Origin: an uncultured Gemmataceae bacterium
GTDB taxonomy: Bacteria > Planctomycetota > Planctomycetia > Gemmatales > Gemmataceae
NCBI GenBank assembly: GCA_963750165.1
Contig: CAVVPN010000011.1
Span: 2,208,001 to 2,272,000, forward strand
Reading direction: 5' to 3'
DNA length: 64,000 nt
Numbering within the stretch: the first letter of the stretch is position 1; every line of letters begins with the position of its first letter. Of the stretch, positions 21,733 to 31,615 are shown piece after piece. A model generated the notes under the pieces. It was not told the origin of the DNA and made no database searches. It saw nothing but the letters and a program-made list of their open reading frames with translations. Position numbers and translations under genes: made by a program.

Positions 21733-24700
21733 CTACGCCGCCGCCTTCGTCAACTCGATCACCAGCGGCTTGCCCTCGACCTTGACCGCCGCCCGGTACG
21801 CCTGCTGGCCGAGCGAGTCCACCGACCAGCGCAGCACCAGGCACTCGGCGGCGATGTACTCGCGGTGTACGTCGATGGCCGTCGCCAGGTCGGCGTCCTC
21901 TGTCGCCAGCCGCAGCACAATCCGATCCGCCATGTCCAGGTCGGCGTCCTTGCGGGCGTTCTGGACCGCACGGACCACTTCGCGGGCCAAACCTTCGCGC
22001 TTCAAGTCCTCGGTGATGCGCGCGTCCAGTGCCAGTTGGGTCTGCCGATCTTCCAGGCCGGTCCAGCCCGCGCCGGCGACGTATTGCACGAGCACGTCCG
22101 CCGGTTCCAGGGTCACCTCGCCGCCCGGGCACGACAGGGTCACGGACTGCCCGGCGTTCACCTTCGCCGCCACCTGTGCCGGGTCGGCCGCCGCCAGGGC
22201 CGCCTGCACTTCCTTCAAGCGGGCGCCGAATTTCTGCCCGAGCGTCTTCAGGTTCGGCTTCACCTGGTACTGGAGCAGCGAGCCGTTGCCTTCGTACAGG
22301 GTGACACGCTTGAGGTTCAATTCCTCGGTGATCTGGTCCGCGAAGCGCTCCACTGCCCGGCGGGCGCTGGCGTCGCCGGGCTGCACGCGCAATTCCGCCA
22401 GCGGCTGCCGCACCTTGATCTTGACTGTGTTCCGCGCCGCCGAGCCCAGCGACACCAGGTTCAGCAGGGCATCCATGTCGTCGGACAGCTGGTGGTCGAT
22501 CAACGCTTCGTCGGCCTCCGGGAACGAACACAGGTGCACGCTGGCATCGCTGTCCGGCCTGGCCCCGGTCAGGTTGCGGTACATGACCTCCGTCAAGAAC
22601 GGCATCACCGGCGCGCACAGTTTGCTGAGCGTCAGCAGCACCGTGTACAGCGTCTGGTATGCCGCCAACTTGTCCACGCCGTGCTCGCTCTTCCAGAAGC
22701 GGCGACGGTTGCGGCGCACGTACCAGTTGCTCAACTTGTCATCGACGAACTTCTCCGCCTCCAGGCAGAATTTTTGCACGTCGAAGCGCTCGAACGACGC
22801 GCGCGCCGTCTGGATGAGCAGCTGCAGGTCGGACAGGATCCAGCGGTCGAGGTCGGGCCGCTCCCGCACCGGCACCGCCGGCGCGGCGCGGTCGAAGCCG
22901 TCGGCCACGGCGTAGTTGCAAAAGAACGCATAGCTGTTCCACAGCTTGAGCGTGAACCGGCTGCGCAGCTCGTCCACCGGGCCGGGGCCAAAATTCAGGT
23001 TCGACGCCGGGTTCGTGCGGCAGAACAGCCAGCGCATCAGGTCGGCGCTCATCGGCGGATAGCAAACGCCCTTGAGCACGTGGACATCGTGCTTGCCAAG
23101 CCGAATCGTTTCCTCGCGTAGCGATTGCCAGTCCTCGGGCAGGTCGCGGGCCGCCTGCTGCTCCGGCTTGAGTTTGGGGTCGCGCTCGCAAAACAGGTCG
23201 TAGCCCGAATCGGCGGCCCCTTCAAAGGGGATGGCGTTGCCCGTGGACTTGTGCATCTCCTTACCGGTCTGGTCACGCACCAGGCCGTGGCCGAGGATCA
23301 CCTTCGTCGGCTCACGACCTTCCAGCATCGTGCTCATCGCCAGCAGGGCGTAGAACCAGTTCCGGAACTGGCCCGGGAACGACTCCACGATCATGTCCGC
23401 CGGGAACCACTTCTCCCAGTACGCCCGATCCGTGTTGTACTTCAGCGTCGAGTACGCCACGATGCCGGCGTCCAGCCACGGATTGCCCACATCCGGAATG
23501 CGCGACATCAAATTGCCCGTCTTCGGGTTCCTGATCTTCACCAGGTCGATCCACGGCCGGTGCGGCGTGTGGCCCTCGAATTGTTCCCAACCCGCGACGG
23601 CGCGCGCCTGCAGCTCGGCGCGCGAGCCGATCACCTCGAAATCGTCGGTTTCCTCATCGACCCAGATCGGCAGCGCCAGGCCCCAGAAGCGCTTCTTGGA
23701 GATCATCCAGTCGCCCATGTTCGTCAGCCAGTCCAGCTCGCGGGCCTTGCCGTTGATCGACTCCGGCAGCCAGGTGATGCGCTCGACCACCGCCTTGATC
23801 TCGTCGCGCCAGCGCATGTCGATGTACCACTCATCGACGAGCCGAAACAATAACTCCGTCTTGCAGCGCCAGCAGTGCGGGTAGCTGTGCGGGTACTTTT
23901 CCACGGCCAGCAGCAATCCCTTCTGCTGCAAATCGTTCAACACCCAGTCCGCGGTAGAGTGCTCGACGGCAGATTGTCCCGTCAGGCCGCCGAAGCCGGG
24001 CAGGAAGACGCCGAAGTCGTCCAGCGGCGCGACCGGCACCAGCTTTTGTTCCTTGCCCAGTTGAAAATCCTCGCGGCCGCAGCCCGGGGCGATATGGACG
24101 ATGCCGGTGCCCTCGACCTCGCCGACCGCCTCCCAGGCGACGACGCGGTGCAGTTGCTGCGCCGACTGCGCCGGCCCCCAGTGCTGCTTGAGCACCACGT
24201 CGGCCGTCTCATCGGGATAGCCGCCAGGATGGTTCTGAGCCGGCAGTTCGTCGAACGGCCCGTCATACGCCCAGCCGACCAGCGCCGCGCCTGGCAGCTC
24301 GCCGACGACCTCATAGCCGCCCTTTTCCTTGAAGATCTGCTCCAGCGTCTTCAGCCTGGGCACGCCCTCGAGCCATTGCTTGCGCTTGAACTCCTCCTCC
24401 AGCCGTTGGGCGGTAAAAGCGCCTTTGGCGAGGTAATAAACCTGGTCCTTGTGCTTGACCTTCAGGTACGTCAATGCCGGGTTGACCGCGGCGGCAACAT
24501 TGCTGCTGAGCGTCCACGGCGTCGTCGTCCAGATGAGGAGATTTTCGCCGGGCCGGCCGCGCAGCGGGAAGCGCACGAAGACAGCGCGGTGCGCCACCAG
24601 CTGATAGCCCTCGGCCATCTCCTGCTGGCTGAGACCAACGGAGCAGCGCGGGCACCACGGCATGGCGTCGTAGCCTTTGTAAACCAGGCTGCGGCCGTGG

Positions 24701-25257
24701 CACTTCTTCAGGAAGCTCCAGATCGTGTAATTGTTCTCCTCCGACATCGTGTAGTAACTGCGGCGCTGGCCCGGTGGCTTGAGAAAATCCTCGGGCCGGT
24801 CCCAGTCCATCCAGTAGCCCAGGCGGATCGATTGCTCGGTCTGCACGCGCGCGTACCGGTCCACGCGCTGCTTGCACAGGTTGACGAACTGGTCGATGCT
24901 GCGGAAGGTGTCGCCGGGCAGCAGGTTTTCGATGTCGCGCTTGGACTGGAGCTTCAGTTCCTTCTCGACCTCGACCTCGACCCACAGGCCCTGGCAGTCG
25001 AAGCCGTTCTGGTAGCGCTCGTCGTGGCCGGTCATGGCGAAGTAGCGCTGGTACGCATCCTTGTAGGTGCGGCCCCAGGCGTGATGGACGCCCATTGGGT
25101 TGTTGGCGGTGATGGGGCCGTCGAGGAAGGACCACTTCGGCTTGCCGCGGTTCTGTGCCCGCAGCTTGTCGAAGACCTCGTGGCGTTGCCAGAAATCCAG
25201 GACCGCCCGCTCCTGCGCCGGGAAGTCCACCTGCGTGTCCACTTTGTCGAACGACAT
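21733..25257 (-). CDS. ileS: Isoleucine--tRNA ligase, type 2
   Basis: DGPITAN, GVHH in place of HIGH, GFDCQGL, WTTTPWTL, GTGIVHIAP, EMHKS in place of KMSKS, EGLARE C-terminal domain. Confidence 0.93.
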   Translation of the reverse strand: MSFDKVDTQVDFPAQERAVLDFWQRHEVFDKLRAQNRGKPKWSFLDGPITANNPMGVHHAWGRTYKDAYQRYFAMTGHDERYQNGFDCQGLWVEVEVEKELKLQSKRDIENLLPGDTFRSIDQFVNLCKQRVDRYARVQTEQSIRLGYWMDWDRPEDFLKPPGQRRSYYTMSEENNYTIWSFLKKCHGRSLVYKGYDAMPWCPRCSVGLSQQEMAEGYQLVAHRAVFVRFPLRGRPGENLLIWTTTPWTLSSNVAAAVNPALTYLKVKHKDQVYYLAKGAFTAQRLEEEFKRKQWLEGVPRLKTLEQIFKEKGGYEVVGELPGAALVGWAYDGPFDELPAQNHPGGYPDETADVVLKQHWGPAQSAQQLHRVVAWEAVGEVEGTGIVHIAPGCGREDFQLGKEQKLVPVAPLDDFGVFLPGFGGLTGQSAVEHSTADWVLNDLQQKGLLLAVEKYPHSYPHCWRCKTELLFRLVDEWYIDMRWRDEIKAVVERITWLPESINGKARELDWLTNMGDWMISKKRFWGLALPIWVDEETDDFEVIGSRAELQARAVAGWEQFEGHTPHRPWIDLVKIRNPKTGNLMSRIPDVGNPWLDAGIVAYSTLKYNTDRAYWEKWFPADMIVESFPGQFRNWFYALLAMSTMLEGREPTKVILGHGLVRDQTGKEMHKSTGNAIPFEGAADSGYDLFCERDPKLKPEQQAARDLPEDWQSLREETIRLGKHDVHVLKGVCYPPMSADLMRWLFCRTNPASNLNFGPGPVDELRSRFTLKLWNSYAFFCNYAVADGFDRAAPAVPVRERPDLDRWILSDLQLLIQTARASFERFDVQKFCLEAEKFVDDKLSNWYVRRNRRRFWKSEHGVDKLAAYQTLYTVLLTLSKLCAPVMPFLTEVMYRNLTGARPDSDASVHLCSFPEADEALIDHQLSDDMDALLNLVSLGSAARNTVKIKVRQPLAELRVQPGDASARRAVERFADQITEELNLKRVTLYEGNGSLLQYQVKPNLKTLGQKFGARLKEVQAALAAADPAQVAAKVNAGQSVTLSCPGGEVTLEPADVLVQYVAGAGWTGLEDRQTQLALDARITEDLKREGLAREVVRAVQNARKDADLDMADRIVLRLATEDADLATAIDVHREYIAAECLVLRWSVDSLGQQAYRAAVKVEGKPLVIELTKAAA

Positions 25258-25338
25258 CGCGCGCACCTCACTCGACAACAATAAAACGTTATCTTAGTGA
25301 ATTGCGGCGCGGGGCACCAAGGTGGGATCGGCGCGAGT

Positions 25339-25377
25339 GAAAACAACGGCGGCGGCCCGTAAGGGAGCCGCCGCCGG
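25339..25377 (-). terminator. Rho-independent terminator after the PEP-CTERM gene
   Basis: CGGCGGCGG...CCGCCGCCG followed by TTGTTTT on the minus strand. Confidence 0.7.
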
Positions 25378-25401
25378 GATGTGCAGAGGGGTTCCGATAA
25401 G

Positions 25402-26067
25402 TTAGGCGGCCTGGGCCTTGCGGCGCCGACGGGCGATGACGAGGCCGGACACGCCACCGATCGCCAGCAGGGCGAGGCTGGTGGGCTCCGGCGTGGAGGT
25501 GACGGTGCCGCCGTTGACCTGCCAGACCAGGGACGCCGGCGGGCCGCAGCACTCGCCGTAGGACAATTCAAAGTTATAGTTGCCAGCCGAGGGGGCGGTG
25601 ACGGTGAATGGGGTTTCGTCCAACGCGGTCGCGAAGGGTTGGTCCACCACCAGGCCGATGCCGTCGATGTTCAATTGCAAACCGTCATCGTGCCCGACGA
25701 CAAACATGTTGGGGCCGGCGTTCAGGGAAATGGTGCCAGTGAAGTAGAAGTAGATGTTGTCCAGGTTGGCGTTTCCTCCACCGTCAGTAGTGAACGCTGA
25801 CGACGTGTCCGTATAAGTCGGGCTGTTGAGGAAGCTGTTAAGTGTGTAGTTGGAGCCACTATCGCTGGGGTTGTAGTTGAACGCGCCCGAGTTGAACGTC
25901 GCGTCCGGCGTGCCCAGGGTCGCGGCCTGGGCCAGCGTGGCGTCTTGCGCAGCGGCTGTCTGGTTTACCCAGAGCTCACCCGTGATGAACCCTGCACGCG
26001 CTTGCGCAGCGTTACCGAAAAGCACGGCGGCGACCGCCAGTGCCCCAACCATCACCATCCTTCGCAT
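25402..26067 (-). CDS. PEP-CTERM surface protein with PA14-like domain
   Basis: Signal peptide; HDDG motif; C-terminal TPEPTS-TM-RRRRK. Confidence 0.88.
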   Translation of the reverse strand: MRRMVMVGALAVAAVLFGNAAQARAGFITGELWVNQTAAAQDATLAQAATLGTPDATFNSGAFNYNPSDSGSNYTLNSFLNSPTYTDTSSAFTTDGGGNANLDNIYFYFTGTISLNAGPNMFVVGHDDGLQLNIDGIGLVVDQPFATALDETPFTVTAPSAGNYNFELSYGECCGPPASLVWQVNGGTVTSTPEPTSLALLAIGGVSGLVIARRRRKAQAA

Positions 26068-26458
26068 GAAATGTCCCCTTCCCTTTGGGCGATAACCTCG
26101 ATCCATGGACGTAGTTCACCAGAACCCACCACCAATGGTAGGTCTACCGGCAAACCAATTTGGGGGCACCGTGAGGGTAAGTATCAATGAGCGACCTCAA
26201 CCTGTCAAGATAATTCATGGTATTAATTGGGAAAAAGTCGCGAATAAATCGTGTCGCTTCACGCCCTGTCAACCAAAGTTGACAATGTGTAAACGCCATG
26301 TTGCGCCCGGTTTGCAAAAATACTTCCCCAGTCGCAAAGGAGCTGCTCCGTCGGCCCAACCCACGGTCTTGAGCCGGTTCCTTCCCGTTGGGCACAACGG
26401 TTGCACTCCATTGGTGCTCCGCTGTTTCCCTGATGCCGCGCCGTGATGGGGGTGTGCC

Positions 26459-27622
26459 TTGAGCGCCGACAGTCCCGATCCACTTCCCCAACGGCCGGCC
26501 GCCGCCCTGCTGTGGCTGGCGCGCGGCGTGGCGCTGCTGGCGCTCGGCGTCGCTGCTTATCTTCTGTGGGCCTCGTTCATGGCCAGCGGGCGGGTGGCGG
26601 GGTGCGGCGAAGACTCGGGTTGCGAGCAGGTGCTCGCCAGCCGCTGGTCGCAGTGGTTGCGGTTGCCCGTCGCGCTGCCGGCGGCTGTCGTCTACGCACT
26701 GGCGCTCATCGCCCTCTTTGAAATCCAGGGCACGGATTCGTGGCTCGGCGGGCGCCGGGCCTGGCAACTGCTCGTGGTCCTGGCGGCAGTGCTGGTCGGT
26801 TCAGCCTGCTGGTTCCTGGGCTTGCAGGCGCTGGCTGTGGGGGAGTTCTGCGGCTATTGCCTGGCGGCGCACGCCTGCGGGCTGCTCCTGGCCGGCTTCA
26901 TCGTGTGCTGCAACCCGCTGCGCTGGCGGGCACCGGCCGAGGTGCCGGCGCTGTTGCTGGCGGGGCTCTGCGGGACGAGTTTGCTCATCGCCGGGCAGGT
27001 GCTGGTGGAACCGCGGGCGCCGGACATGCGGGTGCAGGCCCGCGTTGAGTTGAAGGACGGCAACGTTACCTTCGACCCGGAGAAGCACCCGCGGCTCGGT
27101 TCGCCCCGGGCCCGCTTCGTGCTCGTGGAGTTGTACGATTACACCTGCGAGCACTGCCGGGTCACCACCGGTTACCTGGAAGAAGCGCGGCGGCGCTACG
27201 GCGACCAGCTCGCGATCCTGCCCCTGGTGGTCCCCTACCACCCCGACTGCAACCCGCACGCCCACGCAGCCAGTCTGCGCCACGAACACGCCTGCGTCCT
27301 GGCGCGGCTCGCCCTGGCCGTCTGGCGGGCGAAGCCGCAGGCTTTTGAGTCCTTTCACCTCTGGTTAATCGAGTCGCCGCCCGACCCCGACGCCGCCCGC
27401 CGCCGTGCCGCGGAACTGGTCGGCGCCGACGCACTGGCGCAGGCCCTGGCAGACCCGGCACTGGATCAACAGCTGGCCGAGCACGTCCGCCTTTACGCCC
27501 GGGCCGGCGCGGGCACGTTGCCGATCCTGTTGCACGGCTCCCAGACCGCCCAGGGACGGCCGCCCGGCGCGAAGCAACTATTTCAATTTCTGGAACGGAA
27601 CGTGGGACTGCCGCCCCCGTGA
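26459..27622 (+). CDS. VKOR family protein fused to a DsbA/thioredoxin domain
   Basis: C-x5-C..VLASRWS, FCGYC in TM region; YDYTCEHC in C-terminal domain. Confidence 0.88.
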   Translation: MSADSPDPLPQRPAAALLWLARGVALLALGVAAYLLWASFMASGRVAGCGEDSGCEQVLASRWSQWLRLPVALPAAVVYALALIALFEIQGTDSWLGGRRAWQLLVVLAAVLVGSACWFLGLQALAVGEFCGYCLAAHACGLLLAGFIVCCNPLRWRAPAEVPALLLAGLCGTSLLIAGQVLVEPRAPDMRVQARVELKDGNVTFDPEKHPRLGSPRARFVLVELYDYTCEHCRVTTGYLEEARRRYGDQLAILPLVVPYHPDCNPHAHAASLRHEHACVLARLALAVWRAKPQAFESFHLWLIESPPDPDAARRRAAELVGADALAQALADPALDQQLAEHVRLYARAGAGTLPILLHGSQTAQGRPPGAKQLFQFLERNVGLPPP

Positions 27623-27695
27623 CGTTTGCTTCGTTCGGAGCCCGCGGCGCCGGCAAGAGAACCCTTGTCGGCGCCGCGGGCTTTGAACCGGCCCT

Positions 27696-27900
27696 TAGCG
27701 CGGTTCACGCACGGTTTGCGCACACGTGGCGGCGGGCACGGGCTGACCTCCAGCGGCCTGCGCTGCCACAGCAAGAACGCCAAGAACGCCAACTTTTTCA
27801 CACGTCGAGATTCGAGCCTGGGAGCGGCTCGCGCAGTTTGCAGGACGGTTCGAGAGCACTGGTCTGCCGTTCGTGGTCCACACCACTGCGAACCGCGCTA
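27696..27900. mobile_element. TA-flanked MITE carrying nonamer-array repeat copy 4
   Basis: Terminal inverted repeats TAGCGCGGTTC...GAACCGCGCTA, related to the TAGAGCGG family. Confidence 0.65.
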
Positions 27901-28015
27901 GGAATTGAACACCAGCCGCGGTCCCTGTCAAGAAAAAGTTGCCCCCGTTGGGAGTGAGCGGAAATAATATCCCCGCAGGCGCAATGGCTCTACCAGATCT
28001 GAGGTGAGCGGGGAG

Positions 28016-28762
28016 TCAGTCCCCTGTTGGCCCCGGTGAACAGGGGGCTGACGCTCCCCGCTCGCCTGCGGCCGACGCCGCGCGGATCAACGCGGGCACC
28101 TCTGCGACCGAGTTCAGGAGGTGCGTGTGCGGGCACGCCTGGAGTTGTTCCCGCGAAAAGCTGCCTGTCGTGACGCCGATCACCAGACCGCAGCCGGCGT
28201 TGCTGCCTTCCTCCAGGTCCGCCTTCGTGTCGCCGATCTTGGCAACGCGGGCTGCGTCGCGCACGCCCAGGCGCTCCATCAGGTGCCGGATCATGTCCGG
28301 GTGCGGCCGGCCGCGCGGCACCTCATCGCTGGTCACGTCGGCATCGATCACGTCCGGCGCTCGCCAGCCGAGGCGGCCGAGCAACACCTCCGCGATGGGC
28401 CGGAAAAAACCTGTGTTGACCGCGACCCGGACGCCCGCCCGCCGCAGGGCCGCGAACGCGGCGGCTGCTCCCGGGATCTCCCGCACCGCCGGGTCGTGGG
28501 CGTAGTAGTCCCGCATCCGCCGCGTAAAATCCACGTGAACGGCGTCGATGTTGTCCGCCGTCGGCGGCACGCCGCGCGGCCGGCCGAACTCCTCCAGCAA
28601 GATGCGGATGGCTTCCGGCTTGGGCAGGCCCATGACGGCGTTCACCGCCGCCGGGTCGGCCGTAAGGCCCCACGCGGCCAGGGTGGCGCGGAACGAGGTG
28701 TTGACCGCGTCGCCGTCATCCACCGTGGTCCCGGCCAGGTCAAACACCGCCAACTCGATCAT
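28016..28762 (-). CDS. Phosphonatase-like HAD hydrolase (TIGR03351/HpnX-like)
   Basis: FDLAGTTVDD, NTGF, GRPHPDMI, KIGDT. Confidence 0.88.
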   Translation of the reverse strand: MIELAVFDLAGTTVDDGDAVNTSFRATLAAWGLTADPAAVNAVMGLPKPEAIRILLEEFGRPRGVPPTADNIDAVHVDFTRRMRDYYAHDPAVREIPGAAAAFAALRRAGVRVAVNTGFFRPIAEVLLGRLGWRAPDVIDADVTSDEVPRGRPHPDMIRHLMERLGVRDAARVAKIGDTKADLEEGSNAGCGLVIGVTTGSFSREQLQACPHTHLLNSVAEVPALIRAASAAGERGASAPCSPGPTGD

Positions 28763-29899
28763 GACTCGCCCCCCAACCAGTCCGTCACCACCCGTTCCGC
28801 CAGTCCGAACGACAGCGTCATGCCGGCGCCGCCGGCGCCCGCCACGGCGATCACCTGCGGCGTCAGCCGGGCGACCACGTATGCGTCCGTGCGGTGCTTC
28901 AGATAGGTTCCGTGCCAGCGGGCAGTGATGGTCAAACCCGGCACCGCCAGGAAGGTCCGCAGGTACGCCAGGATCAGCTCGTCAATACTTGGCTTGTCGA
29001 ACGGCTCGATGGCATCGCCGTACTCGTGGGAGTCGCCGAGGGTCAGTTCGCCGTGGCCGTTCTGCGACACCAACACGTGAATGCCGTAGCGGCCGTATTC
29101 GGGAAGCTCGGCGTCCAGGCGGCGGACCAGGGCCGGCAGCGTCGGGCAGCGGGCGAACGAGGCGTAGTGCCGCAGCGTCAACCCGGCGGCCAGGTGCGTG
29201 CCCAACTGGAAGCGGTCGCCGAACGCCTGTGAGCGCATCATCTGCAGCTTGACCGGCAGCAGTTTGCTGTCCGCGAACGCCGTGGGGGCCAGGTCGCGGA
29301 AGTCGGCGCCGGTGCAGATCACCAGGTGGCGCACCAGCCGGTCGCCGTCCGGCGTCACCACGCGCGGCAGGTCATGACCGAGCACCGGCGTGCCGAACGC
29401 GAAGTCCACGCCGTAAGTGCGCGTCAACCACGCGGGCAATTCGGCGATGACCTGGCGCGGGTCCACCGCCAGTTCCAGGGGGCTCCACAGCCCGGCGCAG
29501 GCCGGTCGGCACCACGGCCGGGAAGCGGGCGGTGACCTGGACGGGGCTCCACAATTCACAGGGCCGGTCCTCGCGGGTCGCCTCGGCGACGAATTCGCGC
29601 AGCACCTGGGCCTCGTCATCGTGATAGGCGGCGTGCAGCGAGCCGCACTGCCGGTGCCACAGGCCGCTCGCGGCGAGCACTTCGAGCCACAGTTCGCGGC
29701 TGCGGCGGGCGATCTGGTACACCGGCCCCGCCGGCTGCCCGACCGGCCAGATCATGCCGAAGTTGCGGACGGAGGCGCCCTGCGCCCGGCGGTGTCGCTC
29801 CAGCACAAGCACGCGCAGGCCGCGGCGGGCCAGCACGAACGCATGCGCCAGTCCAAGGATGCCCGCCCCTACCACGCCCACGTCATACGTGCCGCTCAT
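28759..29899 (-). CDS. FAD-dependent oxidoreductase (TIGR03364/HpnW-like); frameshifted near 29480
   Basis: GAGILG, GASVRNFG, GDSHEY, GGAGMTLSF. Confidence 0.85.
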
Positions 29900-29912
29900 G
29901 CTCTCTCCCGCT

Positions 29913-29976
29913 GAAGTCAGAAGTCAGAGGTCAGAAGTCAAGAACCCGGGCCTCTGACCTCTGACTTCTGACTTCA
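29913..29976. repeat. Inverted heptamer arrays (GAAGTCA)n/(TGACTTC)n
   Basis: Directly visible at the 3' end of the HD gene. Confidence 0.7.
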
Positions 29977-30523
29977 GGACTGCTTCCAGGCACGGCCGAT
30001 AGTGGTCGAGACCCGGGACGGCCAGCCCCGGCACCTTGGCCCCGTCGTCCCAGCGGCGGACGGCCACGGCCGCGCGGAACCCCGGCTCCCGCTCGAAATG
30101 CCGCACCTCTTCCGGCGACATCGGCCCGCCCTGCAGCCGCAGGCTGAGCTGCGACGCTTCGGACAGTCCGGCGAGGTAATCCGGCTCGACGGCGCACAGG
30201 TAGCGCTTGGCGGCGACGTGCAGGCGCACGGGATCGACCACCACCGGCTGGAAATGGCCGCGCAGCCAGGTGGCGCCGCCTTCCTCGTGCCGCGCGTCGA
30301 TGCCGTGCTCGGCCACGTCTTCACCCAGGCCGTGCAGCAGGTGGCCGACATCGTGCAGCAACGCCGCGGCGACCAACTCGGGCGCCGCCCCGGACTGCTC
30401 GGCCAGGTCGGCGCACTGCAGGGCGTGCTCCGTCTCGGTGACGGCCTCGCCGAAATAGGCGCCGTTGCCCTGCTCGCGGAACAGCGTGAGGAGGCGGTCG
30501 ATGACGTGCATGGTCTCGGTCAC
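29924..30523 (-). CDS. phnZ: Phosphonate-degradation HD-domain oxygenase (PhnZ-like)
   Basis: YFGEAV, EHALQ, LLHDVGH, HE, LHVAAKRYL, QGG, RRWDD. Confidence 0.85.
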   Translation of the reverse strand: MTETMHVIDRLLTLFREQGNGAYFGEAVTETEHALQCADLAEQSGAAPELVAAALLHDVGHLLHGLGEDVAEHGIDARHEEGGATWLRGHFQPVVVDPVRLHVAAKRYLCAVEPDYLAGLSEASQLSLRLQGGPMSPEEVRHFEREPGFRAAVAVRRWDDGAKVPGLAVPGLDHYRPCLEAVLKSEVRGQRPGFLTSDL

Positions 30524-31615
30524 TCCTGACCCTCCATTTCGGGGACCACCGCGACGCGCACACCGGGCTGGGCGTGAGCGGCGACGAACGCCTGGTCGGC
30601 CTGCTTCAGCGGGAAGGTCGCGGCGACCAGACTCCGCCAGGAGAAGTCGCGGCCCGGCCCGGCCAGGAACGCCAGGGCCGTCGCCAGGTCGCGCGGATGG
30701 TAGTTGTGGACGCCGCGGATCGTGAGCCAGCGCCGCACCACCGCCTCCGGGTCGAAGCCCACTTCGCCGACCGGGGCCACCGTCCCCGCCAGCAGCACCG
30801 TCCCGCCAGTGCGCGCCAGCGCCAGCGCCGCCCGGACAGTCTGCCGCCGTGCCGGCCAACTCCAGCACGAGATCAGCCCCGCGGCCCGCGGTCGCCTCGC
30901 GAACTCGATCCGTCAACTCCACCGCCTCGGCCGGCAGGGCGTGCGTTGCCCCGAACCGGAGGGCACGCTCCCGGTTCGCAGGAACGGGGTCGCTCACCAG
31001 CACCGCCCTTGCCCCGGCGGCCCGGGCCATCGCGCACGCTGTCACGCCAAGCACCCCCGCGCCCAGGACCAGGACCGTTCGCCCCGCAACCGGGCCGCCG
31101 CAGCGGAGCAGCGCCGCCACCGTGGCGGTCGCGCAGTTCGCGGGCGCGGCCACCAGGTCCGGCACCGCGTCCGGCACCTGGAAGCAGACCGTCCCCGGCA
31201 CCAGCACCACGTAATCGGCCAGTCCGCCGCCCAGCAGCCGCTGCGGGCTCAAGCGCTGATGACCGTATTTGTACGGACGTTCGCACTTCTGCGGCAGGTC
31301 TTCGGCGCAGAAAAAGCACACGCCGCAGCCGACCGCCACGGCCCAGCTGACCCGACTGCCCACCTCCAGCGGCACGCCCGCAGCGTCCTGCCGCGGCGCC
31401 TCCGGGCCGAACGCCGCAATGCGGCCGACGATCTCGTGCCCCAGCACAGTCGGCGTCGGCTCGGTACGCCGCCCGGCGTGGGTGTGCAGGTCGCTGCGGC
31501 ACAGCGTACAGCAGGTGACGCGCACCAGCAACTCCGCGCCCCGCGGTTCCGGGACGGGGGACCGAATCAGCTCCAGCGCCTGGCCGGCGCCGGTGAACAC
31601 GACGGCGCGCTGCAT
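30520..31615 (-). CDS. Zinc-binding alcohol dehydrogenase (TIGR03366/HpnZ-like); frameshift near 30838
   Basis: CRSDLH, GHE, CxxCxxC...C, NCATAT, GAGVLG, GVHNY. Confidence 0.85.

Noticed and set aside
27668..27695. T-arm-like GGTTCAAAGCCC on the minus strand
   Set aside because: No cloverleaf can be built around it.
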